Below, piece by piece: positions 35,587-53,479 of a stretch of 64,000 nt of DNA. The position numbers and the translations under genes were made by a program. The DNA comes from Auanema rhodensis. Its lineage: Eukaryota; Animalia; Nematoda. The first letter of the stretch is position 1. Every line of letters starts with the position of its first letter. The stretch covers positions 14,136,001-14,200,000 of the forward strand of contig OZ059898.1 of the NCBI GenBank assembly GCA_964057225.1, read 5' to 3'. The notes below the pieces were generated by a model, which was not told the DNA's origin, did no database searches, and saw only the letters and a list, made by a program, of their open reading frames with translations.

Positions 35587-38500
35587 ATGGGCTTCCCATT
35601 TTTTCCGGGAGATTATCCGAAAACTTCTATTGTTATCAGTTTTAGTATAACAGCCATATTATTGGGAATAGCAATTGTTTATAGGTAATTTTTAACAAAT
35701 TTCTTTTTTAAACTTCAACAACAACAACAAAAAAAAAGAAAAAAGAAAAAACCATTTAAGACTAATTACTTTGTAGGCCTTTAGTTGTACTAGAATTTGA
35801 TCATGGATATACAACGGATAATGCTCCGTCCATTAAGGGTTATGCATCTCAAATGGATTTTTTTGGAAATCAGGTAGATACATTGAATAAAGCAAAATCA
35901 AAAAAATAAATCAGCCTTGTATAAGAAAAATGAAATGAATGTTCGATTTTCAGGGAACACCATGGTATATGGCATTATTCGCTGAGCCAAAATATGAAAA
36001 TGGCTCAATGGTTGAAACAGACGAATTCGATGAATTTAAAGGATTTTATAAGGTTTTGGGTTCAAAAAAATTGAAAATAATGCTAAAAACTTTCAGAAAA
36101 TAAAGTCTAATATGACGATTCGTACAGAAATCATTGATGATTCTAGTGTAAATTTGACTTATATGAACTATTGTGGACAAATGTGTAACTTCAATGATGT
36201 TATATTTAAAACATTTGTAAGAACATAAACAAATAAACAAACAAACAAACAAACATTCAAAAATGATTTAGAATATGGCATGGTTTGGTTTGGATTGGCC
36301 AGTTACAACTATATTCAGTTTTAACTCGAATATTGGAAAATATTTCTTCAAAAGAGATATGGAAGTACAGTACATGAATCAAAATGTTTTAGTTTAAGCT
36401 CAAGTTTTAGGGAGAAAAAATTAAATCAGCTAAAGTTACCGTATTATATTTCATGGTTTTCATCAACAGTACAGAAATGCAATCAGATATGCGTGAATTT
36501 GAGCGGCTTGTATCGATGTAAGTTGCTTCTTTTTCATTATTTTTATTATTATAATTATTTTTAGTAAATTTTGTTTAATATAATTAATTAATATAACAAA
36601 TGTAAAAATTTATTTGTTTAACATTCTCTCATGTAGAGTTCTATGCGATGAACCTCGGACGGCTCTCTTTTAGAGGCTCCAGAAAACCCCTTCAAACAAG
36701 AACAAAATTTTTTTTTTAATTTCAATCAAAAACTAAAAAGATCTAAGAGTTTGTGGTGGCCGTCCGATGTTCATCACATAGAACTGAATACCATACTAGT
36801 TCTATGTATGCACATTAGAATAATATTGGGCAAAGTTACACGTAACACGTGAGTATCTACAGATTTTTTTTTATTTTCATTTTTAAAAATGTTGAAGTCG
36901 GTTGTATTTTTTAATTTATTTCTATATTATATTATGTAATCATATGCTTTATAGTGAAGTTGAAAAGCATAATTCTAATCCAAACACCATCACTATTCTA
37001 ACTCAACATGGAGCACGTGGTATGGAGTTGGAGATTAAGCGTGGAACTGAACTAACCAGTTCACGTGTATTAACAGGTAATAATACCTTTCAAGGATTTG
37101 CCTCTTTCTCTCTCTTTACTATTTCTTTACTAAAAATGTTCTTTGAAGGTCTGATTATATTCCTCCTTTTAACTCTAGTATCATTGATTATTGTGAATAA
37201 GGTGAATAACAGATGTACCGGAAGGTAAGCTATTACGTGAACATTTTGAAAATTGCATCATGTACGGTCTTCCAGATTCATAGTACTTGGTGTTGTAATC
37301 ATTGCTATACCTATCATGTCTATAGTATGTACTATTGGAATCTTTGGATTAACCACATGGCATGTCAATACACTCATATTCTTGAGTCCAGTTTTATTGT
37401 TTCCTTATGGTATGATTTATATATTTGTTGTTTTTATAATTCATCTTTATCTTTGCTTTTACAGCTCTTGTTAATTGTCTTCAATTTTATAATAGCTGGC
37501 TGATTCAGAGCGGTCGACGTGGAGATTCTGATTCTATTGCTCTGTCTGAGGTATAGTTTATATCTAAATATTATAGAATAATTAATCATAAATATATGAT
37601 AGACAGCTTCTTTGGGTGGTACTTTCATCCTTACAAATGCATCAATATCTGTGGTTCTCATTATTTTTGGAATCTTTTACAACATTCCTGAGCTTGGAAA
37701 TCTTTTGAAATTTATGGGATTTGCTATATTTTTCATTCATATTCATTTGGTAAAGAAGGATTTTGGGCAAAGATCTGAATTTCAAATTTAATTTCAGTTT
37801 TTACTTTTTGCTCCGTGCTCAGTGTATTGCTCACCAATCGTTACTCATAAGAAGTTGATCACAACTCCTGGATGTTCTGAACAATGTAACTCTGAGAAAT
37901 GGAACGATATTATTGGTAAATAACATAAAATTATTAAAATTATTTTTTATTAATAGATTATTATTGCAAATTAATTCGAAAACATAAGAGCTTGTTCTTG
38001 ATTCTTGGAAGTGCTGCTGGTATTGGTATACTGGCTGCATCATGCTACGGTGTAACAAAGGTCAGAATTTGAATTTGAAGAAGCTTTTTTCTTCTTTTTT
38101 TCATATTTCATGATATAATATAGAGATCTGTATATGAATAATAACAAATATTGTTTTTTAGACTCATGGAAATTTGGATTATCGTCATCTTCTTCCTCCT
38201 GATTCACCAAATAACAAGGGAGTTCATCTGATGAGTGACGTCGTGTGGCCTGATTTCCTTCATATTCTTTTCATCATTGAGCAGCCACCAAATTTCAGTA
38301 ATCCACAAGAATTCCAAGAATTCAAGGTATGTATAGCACTTCATACAGAATATAAAATTTGAATCAAGAAATTCATTGGTCAAGTTCAACAATTGCCTGG
38401 AGCAATTGGTCCAAAGTCTGATATGGTTTGGATATTTGACTTTGAACGATATACAGAAGCACCAGCCAATGCTACATGTATGAAAGCTTGTAATATCTTT

Positions 38501-39639
38501 TCATAATTACAGTATTTTAGCATTGGATATGACGAAATTCAAATCTTTCATCACACATGATGTCTATGGAGCATGGAGTTCCGGAGTTCAATATCATATG
38601 GAAGGGTAATTGGAAATATATTGTTTTGAAAATTATATTTACTATTATAGAGATATTCCAATCATTACTCGAATGTTGTACATGGTTGGCATTGAAGGAA
38701 CCACTTCAATGGCAGATAAAGCTGAATTAATGAAAAACTGTCGTAAGGTATGTTAAACGAAACATATATATTACCTTGACTATATGTTTATAACTGATGC
38801 TTCTTCCTTATAGGTCGCTGATGCTTATCCACAATTCCAAGCTATACCATTTGATACTGAAGTTGGAATGGCTGATGTTATTACTGAAATTCCTTATGCT
38901 TTAGCACAGTAAGCATTTTAAAATTTCTATGAAATATCATAAATTGAAATATTTGTTTTCAGAATTCCTATCGTAATGTTTATTGCTCAAGCTGCTACAA
39001 TGATCAGCAGAAAATGGCTTCTTGAATCAATTGTTTTCCAAGGTTTTCCATATGCTGGTAGGTTTATACTGTAATATTATGTGTTTAACTTATTCCATGA
39101 CTTCCATATCATATGATTGATATCATTCAGCTGCCATCCTCATAGCTGCCATCTTCGGAATGACATTGAATCCCTTCTCTGTCGCCTTCGGACTGTTTAT
39201 TGCCGTACTTTCCAGTGTAATTCACAGAAATATCGTCCTTTATTTCGTCGTAAGCTATTATCTTTTTTTTTAATCGAAAAATATAGAAACAAATCATTTT
39301 CTTATATTTCATAATTAGCAATTATTTATTAAAAGAAGGACACAAAAACATTCTGTTTCAGCATTCGGAAGCCAAAGGAAAGAAAAGAAGAGCAAAGGAC
39401 TGTCTGAAACAAACCTGGCTTCCATCTATTTTGGTAATTTTCAATTTATAGCTGATAATAACAATAATTTTCAGAGCATTATCGTTAGTACTTCAATCTT
39501 TTGGCCATTATTCTTCTGTCCAATAGTTATCTTTTACAATTTAGCTATTATAAATATATTATTTATGATTATTTCTTTAATATTTATATTATTTATAATG
39601 CCAATTGCTCTTATTACCTTTACTGGAATTGATTGCTAA
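35587..39639 (+). CDS. Divergent Patched-related (PTR) multi-pass membrane protein, ~20 exons
   Basis: TM1 then GYTTDNAPS; luminal YMNYCGQMCNFN; five-TM SSD-like block; second loop NLDYRHLLPPDSP..FIIEQPPNFSNP..VADAYPQFQAIPF; C-terminal TM cluster ending TFTGIDC*. Confidence 0.85.
36636..36786. mobile_element. MITE with 27-bp TIRs (Tc1/mariner-like ends) in a PTR intron
   Basis: agttctatgcgatgaacctcggacggc (36637-36663) and gccgtccgatgttcatcacatagaact (36759-36785) are reverse complements with 2 mismatches; TA lies immediately left. Confidence 0.75.
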
Positions 39640-40864
39640 TTAGTTGTATCCTTGTATTATGTTACTGTACCTGGAGTGCCTCTCTTTCTCTCTCTCTCTC
39701 CCTCTCTCTTCAAGTTAGGTAAAACTACATATTTTGTCCCTTTACTATTTCCCTTATCTGTCATTCTTAGTTTTAAGTTTTATAAGTGCAATAATATCAG
39801 AGAAAGCATTTAATGACTTCTGTGATAACTTAAGTTCTTTTTCTTTTTATTCGAAAGAAAATTATTTCTCTTTGATTTGTGCTTATCTCTCTTTCTCCTC
39901 TTTCTCTCATTTTTTGCTTTTTCTTTAGTTTCTTCATTTTCATTTCTCCAACTTCAACTTGAATTCCTAACGAGTTGTGTGTTCAAAGATTGTGGAAATC
40001 ATTGTTCTTCGTTTCTCTCACCTTATCTATATTTCTTCTTCTTCCCTTCCTCTCTCTCTCTCCCTCTCTCTCTTTTGCTCTCTCTCTCTCTCTCTCTCTT
40101 TATTCCTAGTCATTATTCTTCTCAATTATTCCCTCAAGATTTATTACAGGGTTTTCTTGCCTTTTAATGGAATCATCATCATCATCACTATACATATGTC
40201 AAGCTTTGAATGTTAATTCCAACAAACTTTCTTTTTGTTTTAAAACATAGTGTACTGATTCTATTGCTCAAGTTTCATACATTCCATAAATGAAATAAAT
40301 ATATAGTTATAAGAATGTTTTTGTAATGAAAACGGTTTTTAGGTTTTTACTGAGTCCACTTATTAAGTTCGAAGTCCGAAAATTTTTTTAAAATAAAATT
40401 TCGAAGATATCAATGTATGTATTTGTCCAATACGTGAGATACATGATAAAGTTTAAATATTAATTGTATTAATTAACTTTATTATTTGAAATAATTACAA
40501 TATATTGTAAAGAAATTGAAGCTCAAATTATATTAATTTTAATTTTTAATTAAAAATTTATACATATATATATATATATGAATTTACATGATTATCTTTT
40601 ATGCAAGATTTTTCAAATTTTAAACTTGTTTATAACGAATGAGATGAGAAAATATTTGAACATTTTGAACAACAATATAGGTGATATGGCATTAAACATG
40701 TATAACACATACTGTTATCATATGAGATCTATTTGGAACAAAAAAATATTTGCAATACCTGTATGAATCATTGGACAACCCGTAGTTTTGAAATTAATTA
40801 AATTCAGTTAGAGGCTAATACCTTTTCATATCATTTTGTTTTCTTCTCCTAAGTTTCTAGGTGT

Positions 40865-43800
40865 TTAGCTCTTATTCAGATAGATTGATGGATTACATGA
40901 GCTTTTACTTTGATAGCCACTATCCATTGAAGTATCTGGTAGTGAAGATGAATAGATGACTGGATCTCGAATTGGAGTTGAGCTTAAGGATGCTGTGTTT
41001 CGTACAGAGCTGCTGTTACGGCATGAATCTACAGTATCCGTACTAATCATTGAATATTGTGGATCATCTGTTTGTTGGTCATAGGTTAAGCTAGGCATAT
41101 ATGTACAGCTTATACGATTAAGTAGAGAAATATCTTGAATTGGTGAATTAACATATATATTCTTGGCTTTTTCCTGTAAAAACAAACATATACGATTTGA
41201 GAAAACAATCAGAAATGCTTGATACTAACCGTAAGTGTTTGCCAATTTTTATCATAATCAATTGATAAATGTGAACAAAGATATTGAATATCTCGTGGAA
41301 CTAGATAAACTGTCTCCTGAACGTTGTTATAGATGTTAGCTTCAGCATGTAACTTAACAAAAATCTGAAAGAAGTATTCGTTTTCAAATTAGATAATTTC
41401 AACAGAAATTATAACTAACCACTCGTTCATCTCGTAATGGTAACAGTTTTTGAATAGTATATACTAGATCTGTTGTTTTATTTGTTGAAGAATATCGTGA
41501 ATGAACCAAAATTATCTGAAATTATAGAGAAATATTAAGTAATTTACACGATTTTAATGTTTTCCCCTCTTTCTCTACTCTCTTAAAAAGTTTTTTAAAA
41601 AAACGTTGCAAATAACATTATACATATTTTTGTAGATGTATGGTTGAGATGCTAATCGTACCCGGTTCGGAACTCTCGACAGCTTGGAGAATTTCCAAAA
41701 CTTCAAACACCTGACATTTCTTTTTTGGGTCATATCTGGTTTGCATATACAGAAACTTGAGATCAAATTTTCAATCCGGCTTAGTTCAGATGATTGAAGT
41801 TCAAAAATAGTTGGCCAACTTATACTTTTGAATTTTTACAGTATAATACTAACATATATCTTAACTAATTATAAGATTTTTTTGTCTGGAAATAGAAAAA
41901 AACTTTATAAATAGCATATCATTTCGATTTTTCTCATTATCAAATTAAATTTATCGGTCAATTTGGAAAAAAAAACAAATTAATACCTTATCACATTCAG
42001 TGATATACTTATTTGTCCAAATATGTATATTCCTCTCAAACATGTGCTGATCAAATCGATCATATATCAGTGAAATAGTTGGACATTGATTCAGAAGTCG
42101 TGCCATATCATCCACAAATTGAATTTCAGAATCAGAACCATGTGCAGATACGAGCAGTACACGATGTTCTGAAAGCATGATAACGTCACGATATGAATCT
42201 ATGATAAAGTTTTTTCGTACGTTTAGGACATTCTAATAGCTTTTGGCTTATCAGGCCATTTCGTAGAAGAACTCTCTGAGACAGTGGCTGATTTCGTTTC
42301 TTCACTACACACGCTAGCGTTATTAAGCTGAATCCAGCCAATAAGACAAGCAAAACGATTAATAATCCGAGAAATGCTATACCATATTCAGTTGATATAA
42401 TTGTTGGCTGTTTAGTACTTGTAACATTAGCCTATAATATTAGAAATTTAAATAATTTTATATTTTTTTGTTGAAAATATTTACATTTTTCTTTAATGAA
42501 GGAATAATGAATGGAGAACTTTTAGTCATAATGCAATTACAGAAAGCACATGGACATCGTTCTCCTGGATAACTATATGGTACAATCTGAAAAATAATTT
42601 TAGTTTACTATATGAATGGATTATTCAAATATATTATATGTTTCGTAATGCTATATATAGCGTCAGTTTAGATGAAATTCTAATTTCACGTAAAAATACG
42701 TGAAAGATTTAATTCATTATTAGCGAATATGTTGATGTAAAACGGTTGCGAATGTCACACTTAATGTATTTTAATAGTTTTAATAATTTTAAAATTAACC
42801 TTGATAGTTACGTATTGTTCTCGTGGCAAACCTTCTAATAGGTGATGTTGTACAGCATCAGATGTCTATAATAATTAAATATATTATATGATATAGTTAA
42901 GTTCACATCACCTTATTTACTATATATTCCATAATAATAGGATTATCTTTAATGTGTAATTGTATGGAATATCGATTGATACATAAACTATCTGGTGCAG
43001 CTATGAAGCTCACATTCACAGCCGCTTGTACTATCATTACGTGAACTGACAAGATTTTTAAGTTCCAATATTTAGCTAAATCAGCTGTTTCTGAAAAACA
43101 TCTTCTTGTTTATCATAGCTATCTTGTCATATTCTCTTAAAATGGCAAAAATAAAGCTTTGAAACTTCACTACACTGATTTATGAACCATTAGCTCACAA
43201 TATGCCAGAACTATCGTCGTAGCGAATGTGAGAAACAAAGAATTTCACAAAGAAAACAAAAACCATTCGATATATGTTTAAATTATATTAATTATATGAT
43301 GATTTACCTTTTGATGCGTGACATGTTGCTGGATCAACTACATTATCAGGTATAGCTCGTATCTGATTAGCTATGCCACCCATAGCTAGCGGTAATAATG
43401 CTACTTCAATCTTATACTTTTTTCCAAAATTAAATAGTTCATATGAATTTAAATAGAATTCAACCTTAAATGGAATAATCAAAGTTTTAAAATTAAAGTT
43501 TTCATTTCTCTACCTGACTGTGTGCTTGTGAAATTTGACTGATTGAATGCTCAAGTTTAGCTTCATATTTCCAAATTGTCATTGTTTTATTATTTAAATG
43601 ATTTTTATTATCATTATTATTATATATATTAGTAATATTATGTAATAATGGCTTTTTCTGATGATTATTTAATTCTATTACAGTAATTAGAAAGCCTTCA
43701 ATAGCAGTTGGCAGAATAGCTGATGTTTCTGGTAGTCTCCATCTGATGGTCGTAGAAACAATCAGATCTTTACTTTTCATGTGAGACTGAAAAGATAAAA

Positions 43801-44914
43801 AAAAAATAAAATATGTCATAATACTGGGAAAAGCGATCAGTTTTTCATCTTTTGAGAGATTTTTTTAGATGAACATGCTTAGGTTTTTGCAATATAATGA
43901 GAAGAGTTTAAGCTATTCTGAAGATTAAAAGCTAAAGTGAGTACATTTCCGTTTGAAAGTAAAATGTTTCCATGAATTATCGATAATCAGGTTCACATGA
44001 CAGTTCTTCTATCAATGCCAAATGTAAAACACAGCTTTGAAACAAACAAAAAAAAACACAACAGCTGAGTGTAAGGATTCTGTGTTCAGAATAATATGAA
44101 CGATTGGGTCAATGTTTTTCAGAAGAATCAATGATGGACCGAATAAGGAACTACATAGAGGACCGTTGGAAGTCGTTATCGTGAGAAAAAATCACATGCA
44201 AAAGGAAGAAAAATTGGTTACAGATGGGTGAAAGCGTATTGAATATACTATGTAAGAGAAGAAAAAGTGCAATCTACATTGTCAAGACCTCTTTGTTTCA
44301 AAGTGTTTCGTCATTAGTTCAATTTTTGATTAACTAAATATTTTATATATAATTTACTAATAAAACACATAAAAATGAAAGCTTGGGCATCATTAAAAAT
44401 CAAAAAGAAGGAAAAGAACAGGAAATAGAGATAGAGAGAAAGAGAGAGATAGAGACAGAGAGAAAGAGAGAAGGTATACGATATGGACTTAATTCTATTA
44501 ATTATTTTAAATAATTTAATTTATAAGATTCTAAAATATCAGAAATTTGGAAAAAGAAAGAATATTTCTTTTAAAATTGAAAAAAAATCGAACAAAGACG
44601 AAAGGAAATCAAAAACTATTAAAGTGAAAAGATAGAAAAGTGAAAATTGGTTAAAAAAAAAAAAGAAAATGACTTACTTCCAAGAAATAAAAAGTTCTTA
44701 AACCATAAGGTGAAGTGGGCCAAAGAAAAGTAGCATTAGCTTCAGGATGATAATTAACGTCAACTGGATGAACTCGACAGTATAGTTCACGTTGATTAGT
44801 AGTAGAACAGGATTCAGAATAGATAGGTTCAATTTGAATAATAAGAATAATAAGAAAGAGAAGATTCAGATACAACGTTGACGTCGTTGTACCTGTGAGG
44901 TTAAGTTTTCTCAT
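40865..44914 (-). CDS. Interleukin-17-receptor-like type I membrane protein with a SEFIR domain (ilcr family)
   Basis: Signal LYLNLLFLIILIIQ; FnIII-like ectodomain ending RCPCAFCNCIMTKS; TM GIAFLGLLIVLLVLLAGFSLITLACVV; SEFIR box RVLLVSAHGSDSEIQFVDDMARLL..LIYDRFD..IWTNKYITECDK/IILVHS; Ser-rich tail. Confidence 0.8.
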
Positions 44915-46236
44915 CTGCAGCTAATGAATCTATCTTGAATCTGAAAGAATATGCAATGAAATTAGTGGAATATAAGATTTTTGCGTCTAAAAAAGAAGAT
45001 TATGAGACAAATACAAATAAATAAAAAAATTTTGGTTAAGTTAAATTAATTTTTGTTATTCTAGGTAAGATTCTACATAGATGAGATGGGCATGAAGGTG
45101 TGTATCTTTCCCTCGACACTGTCGTTGTCGTCTTCTCTTGCAACGTGAAAACGAACAGGTTGGATGAAAATATAAGAAAACGAATCACAATGAGAGAATA
45201 AGGTATAATATGAGAGAGAAATAGACAAGAACAAAGAGAAAGAGATAGGGAGAGAGAGAGAAATAGAGAGAGAAAGAGAGAGATAGACAAAAATCTAATG
45301 ATGGCTACCGACTAGAAAGTATGAGAGATGGTTTATGGTTCTGATGGTGAAGAGAGAGAGGGGGGAGAAGGTTGGGGGGGGGGGGGGCGATGATGTTAGT
45401 AGCACATTGATGAAGGAATAGAGAACTAGAGAAACAAGATATTCACATAATTTGAAAAAAATGAGGATTTATAAGAAGAAAAAGAAGTTAAAACGTTACC
45501 AATCATCTATATATTTTGGAAAAAAATATGATATTTCAATCATCATCATCATCATCATCATACTTTTTAAGGAAAAATATAATTTTACACATAATATTAT
45601 GTATTATATGATATATACAATATTAGAATATAATATTAAAACATAATTTTTGATTTTTTTTAAAAACAGACACTTGATGGATAGGTTGTCGATCTCTAAA
45701 CTATAAGTGCTGCTACTTCTGCTGCATGAAGACGACGAAGACGAAACTTTTAAGATAATACTACCCCCCATCCTAGAATCAATAGATGAAAACGATCAGT
45801 TTTTCCAGAAGAAGAATATGTAACAAGAATACGGAGACGAAGACGAAGACGAAGAAGAACATTCAGAATCAAGAAGCTTTTATAAGAATTTACTTTTTTT
45901 TTTGATCATTTCTATCATTCGAATCACCAAATTATGATATCATTCTCAGCATCGTCATTTTTTCCGTCTGACCATTGCCAACACTTCTCATGTGGTCATT
46001 TACTTCAAAAAATAAGAAAAAACACAAACATTTTTCCTACAATGAAAATCCATATCATTCCAGAAATCATAATGATATGAAATTATTTTATTTTTTCTGA
46101 TAATATCAATCAATTTTTCTTTAATTTTATCGAAAAAAAACTTTTAGCGTTCGAGTGATACCGATGCTAGGTAGACACGATCAGCTGCTGGCCGTATTCG
46201 ATAAATTTTTTTCTGTTTTTGAAATATGTCCCTTGT

Positions 46237-46240
<4 letters not shown>

Positions 46241-46288
<48 letters not shown>
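46241..46288. repeat. (CT)n microsatellite
   Basis: Direct read; ends approximate. Confidence 0.9.
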
Positions 46289-46289
<1 letters not shown>

Positions 46290-46656
46290 ATCTATTTCAC
46301 ATAATCTTTTTCTATTTCATTATACCTTTAACTCTTTTTATATTCTTTTGACCAATAAGTTTGACAACTAAATCTAAGGAGAAAGTTTCAGTTAAAGTTC
46401 ATTTTCAATAATCTGTCAGCATTGTATTAAGTATCTGTTTATGTTCATTGAACTGTATCTTCAAATAAAGGGAGAAAATACAAATTAAATGATTTTAAAT
46501 TTAAGTTTAGAATTAAACAAGAAACCTTTTTTTATATAAGAAAAAAGAATAATTATGTCTTTAATACCGTATTTCTTTACATTAAAATTGAAAAGATTTG
46601 TGAACAACGACCATAGCACTAGCTTTACTTCGCGGTAATTAGAGCAGATATGGTGT

Positions 46657-46657
<1 letters not shown>

Positions 46658-46729
<72 letters not shown>
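46658..46729. repeat. (AG)n microsatellite
   Basis: Direct read. Confidence 0.95.
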
Positions 46730-46732
<3 letters not shown>

Positions 46733-49700
46733 TTAAACCTTTTTTTCTTTCCATATATTTTGATTTTTGTTTTTATTGAAATTGAAAAAAATTTAAAAAA
46801 ACTTGGTGGTTGTTTGAAACCAAAAAATAATAGATAAGATTGGTCTGAAGGCTACGTAAACTGAATGAAGATGTTTGTAGAAAGGTATATGATGTTGCTA
46901 AAAATTATTTTTGAAAATTCATAAAGCTTAATAAGCTTATAGTACTGACACCTGCATGAAAGGGAGTTAGAAAGGTAATAGTTGTGAAATAGAAGTTATA
47001 ATCAAATAATTTTATTGAAATGATAACCATATTGCTGGAGTTAGTATGAGTCAATCTGACATTATGAAATATGAAGTAAGAAAGACAACATAGAAAGAAG
47101 AATATACATATAGTTAAGTTTTCATGAATATAAGAATTTTTTTTTAAATATTTGAAAGAAACAAAAATTCGAGCAATGAATACGAAAATTGATAAGATTC
47201 GGAATGTCTTTGTAATGCAATAAGATCAAAAAATGACAAAACCCAACGAAGAATATCGTCTATTCTCTTCAAAGTTTTTTCTTTTATTTTAAAGAAAAAA
47301 TAGAATTTTAAGAAAGAGAAAGGAAGATTAAGAGAGATGGATAAAGAGAGATAGCTAGATAGATAGATAGAGAGAAAGAATACGTAAATGGCTTTGATTT
47401 TGAACTAATTTGAAATGTTAACGATAGAATCAATAAGCTTTTATATCTATAAAATTATGATTTTTAGTTTTCATAAAAGAAAATCACAAATTTCGTTGGA
47501 TCAGCACATTATGAAAAGTCAAATTGTTGTGAAAGAATTTTTGATAGATAGATAGATAGTTATTATTTTCGTTCATATAGAAGGTTTAATAAACCTTTGT
47601 AATATCTTTTAGAAATACATGGAATGTTGATAAGATCTTCAACTTAGTGAGCTCAAGCACACACAAGCAGTAAGCTTCATCCGGATGATGAAGCTCTGTG
47701 ACAAGTTCGACAGGTATGATAAACATCGTCATTATCATCATCTATAGTCGATATATCGTTAATGAGTTTCAACGAAACCCTGATCTCAATGACTAATTCT
47801 GATTCAATTTTTTCTTTTAAAATATTTCTGAAATTATAAAATGATATCACAATTTTTAATAAAGTTTAAACTTAAATAAAGCATTATGCTTTTTACAATC
47901 TGTCTACGACAGAGTGGATGATTGGTCGGAGGTGAGAATGTTCTTCTCTTATCATTTGATTTTCTTCAGTTTTCATTAAATTTATAAATGATTTATAAAA
48001 GATAAATGTCTCATCTCTTCTATAATTTCTCAATTATCGTTGAAAAATAACTGAAACTTCTTAAGTTTAACATCAGATCCCTTTCAACTCATCATCATCA
48101 TCAACATCATCTCCATTTTCTTTTCGTTTGTTTTTAAATAAATGTTATTGTTGTTAAGAATTAAGAATATTAATTTAGAATTAAATTAATAAATTAAAGA
48201 AAAAGAAAAACTTTAAAGAAACATGTGTATATGTTTATGTATATAAAACATGATAATATCCAGTATTCAAGTTTTGTTTATAATTCATTTCATTTATTTT
48301 AAATTTCTTCAAAAACCTTCTGTTTTTTCTTTTTTTTTCCATCTGAATACCAATATCATAGTGTGATGTACTGCTACAGCCTACTACCACTTCTACTACT
48401 TCTACTACTACTATTGGATTCAAAATATTTTCAAAGAATTACTGAAAATAACAAATTACTTTTAGCATCATTGAACTACTAAATAAAATCAGAAAAAGAC
48501 ATGTCTTTGACTCTTCCTAAATGAACAAGAAAAATATTCTGTTCGATGTTATACAACTGATCTTAATCTCATCAACATCTTCTTTTCTTTTTTTTCTTCT
48601 TCCTTGTTGTTATTCTTCAATTTCTACCTTTTCTATAATTTAAATCTTTCAATTAAAAGTTTATTATGAAAAACTGGAGCAATTGTACAATCAGTTACTG
48701 ATTACTTTTCAATTCGTATTATATTATATGTACATATCTAAGATTGAAAAGAAGTTCATATCGTATCTCAAATATTCTCATTTCAAATCATTTTTACAGT
48801 AATTATTCCACTAAAAATGTTTTTTTAAATTTATTTTATTCTTTTAAGAATATATATATATATAATTTTATTTTCAAATAACTATTATAATCATATAAAT
48901 TATAATAAATGAATGTAAGAATAACATTTCTCACATCAAATTGTATAAATATAATCATAAAAACAGATAATGATCCAACTTTGATGATGATATAGATAAA
49001 GCTTCACTAATCAGTTTCGATTTTATTCAAACAACTGAATAGAAGTATCGTAACATCTGAACTTCTTGAGAGGATGACAGTATGATTTAGAGAAGAGTTC
49101 GTGATCAACGTGTCGATAAGCTGTGTTGCAACTGAAATTTAAAGATCTCGAGTTTGACAAGTCGTCAAATATTAAAAAAAATAAAAATTCTTATGAATTA
49201 ATTCATATAAATTATTAAAATGATGAAAAGCAAAAAGTTAATTACAACACGTTTAAAGTTCTTTTTGAACTTTTTTTTGTTTAAATTTAATTTTTTTAAT
49301 TTTCAAAAAGGGAAAAGCATGAAGATATGAACTAATTAAAGAATTATTTCTTTGTTTTGTTATATTTCTATATAACTATATGTATATAGTTATATATAGA
49401 CATTCATTCTCATTCATATATACTTGTATATGACGTCAATTAAAATTTTTTTAATCAACTTATACCCCTGATGTTGGAATAGAGTGGGTAAAATCGTTTT
49501 CGATAACAATATTTTTGAAATTGTGGTTCTGTAAACTCAGCATAAAATGAAAAAATAGTTTGAAACCTTTTACGGAAATTTAAAATTATTTAGAGCTTTG
49601 TCAAACTTATCATGAAAACAGAAACTATTTCAAACGAAAATAAACAATAGTAGTGTGGCAGTAGAGGAAAAAATACAATTTCGTTGAACTTGTTTTCAGA

Positions 49701-50702
49701 TTTTAAAATGAAATATTTCAGATTTTACAGCATTTTCTTCTTGTTTTAATGAAAAATTATCTCAAAATCTTTGTATGGGTATAGTTAATATTTTATATTT
49801 TTTGTTATAAAACAAATAAATTTGCAAGATAGTCAGGTTTCTCCGTCCACATCTCATGCTTGCTTTTCTTTGATTTTATTTGCTTTATATGTATATAAGC
49901 AGATGTTTTCCGAAAAATTATTAAAATAAATAAAAATATTTGAAAAAGAAGTTATATATCTATATATTGAAATAATTTTTGAAGACAAAAAAAAATAAAA
50001 TAAAATAAAAAACGAAAACCAAAAATGTTCAAACAAGTTTACAAATTAGTCTTACAACGATACTGAGTCAATTTCAAATCAAAATAGCTTTTCTTTATTA
50101 GGAAAAAAAGATATATTATATATGCATAGTATATGTATATAGTTTATATGAAAAATAAAATAAAAGAAAAGAGTGTTTATATGATGTTAGTCATCTCCCC
50201 CACTTTAGTTTCTTCACTTTTTACTCTTAAATTCGAGCTTTTCAAACGAAATTATTATATATATTTGAGGTTAAATTGAATATACATCTATCTTTTAATA
50301 TTTTTATTCAATAACTAACTTTGTTATATATATATAAGCTTGTGAATTACATTAAACATATTAACAAAACTATTTATTTAACGGCTCAAGACATAAAATA
50401 GTTTAAATAGTATATATCAGCGAATGTACGAGCTGAGGGAGTTGATGGAAACATTAAAATCCCCAAAAAAAAGGAGAGAGAGAGAGATATGACTTCTATA
50501 AATGCTTTGATTAATATAATTATATTAAATATTATTTATAATTACTTACTTACAACAGATACGACGAGATGTTTATCCCTGTTTATGAATGTTGCTTAGT
50601 CCTATAACTATATTATTATATTTATAATATTTATAATAATAAATTTTCCAATATTCATATTTTTATTTATTTTCTTTTCTTTTTTTTCTAATTATAAACT
50701 AT

Positions 50703-53479
<2,777 letters not shown>

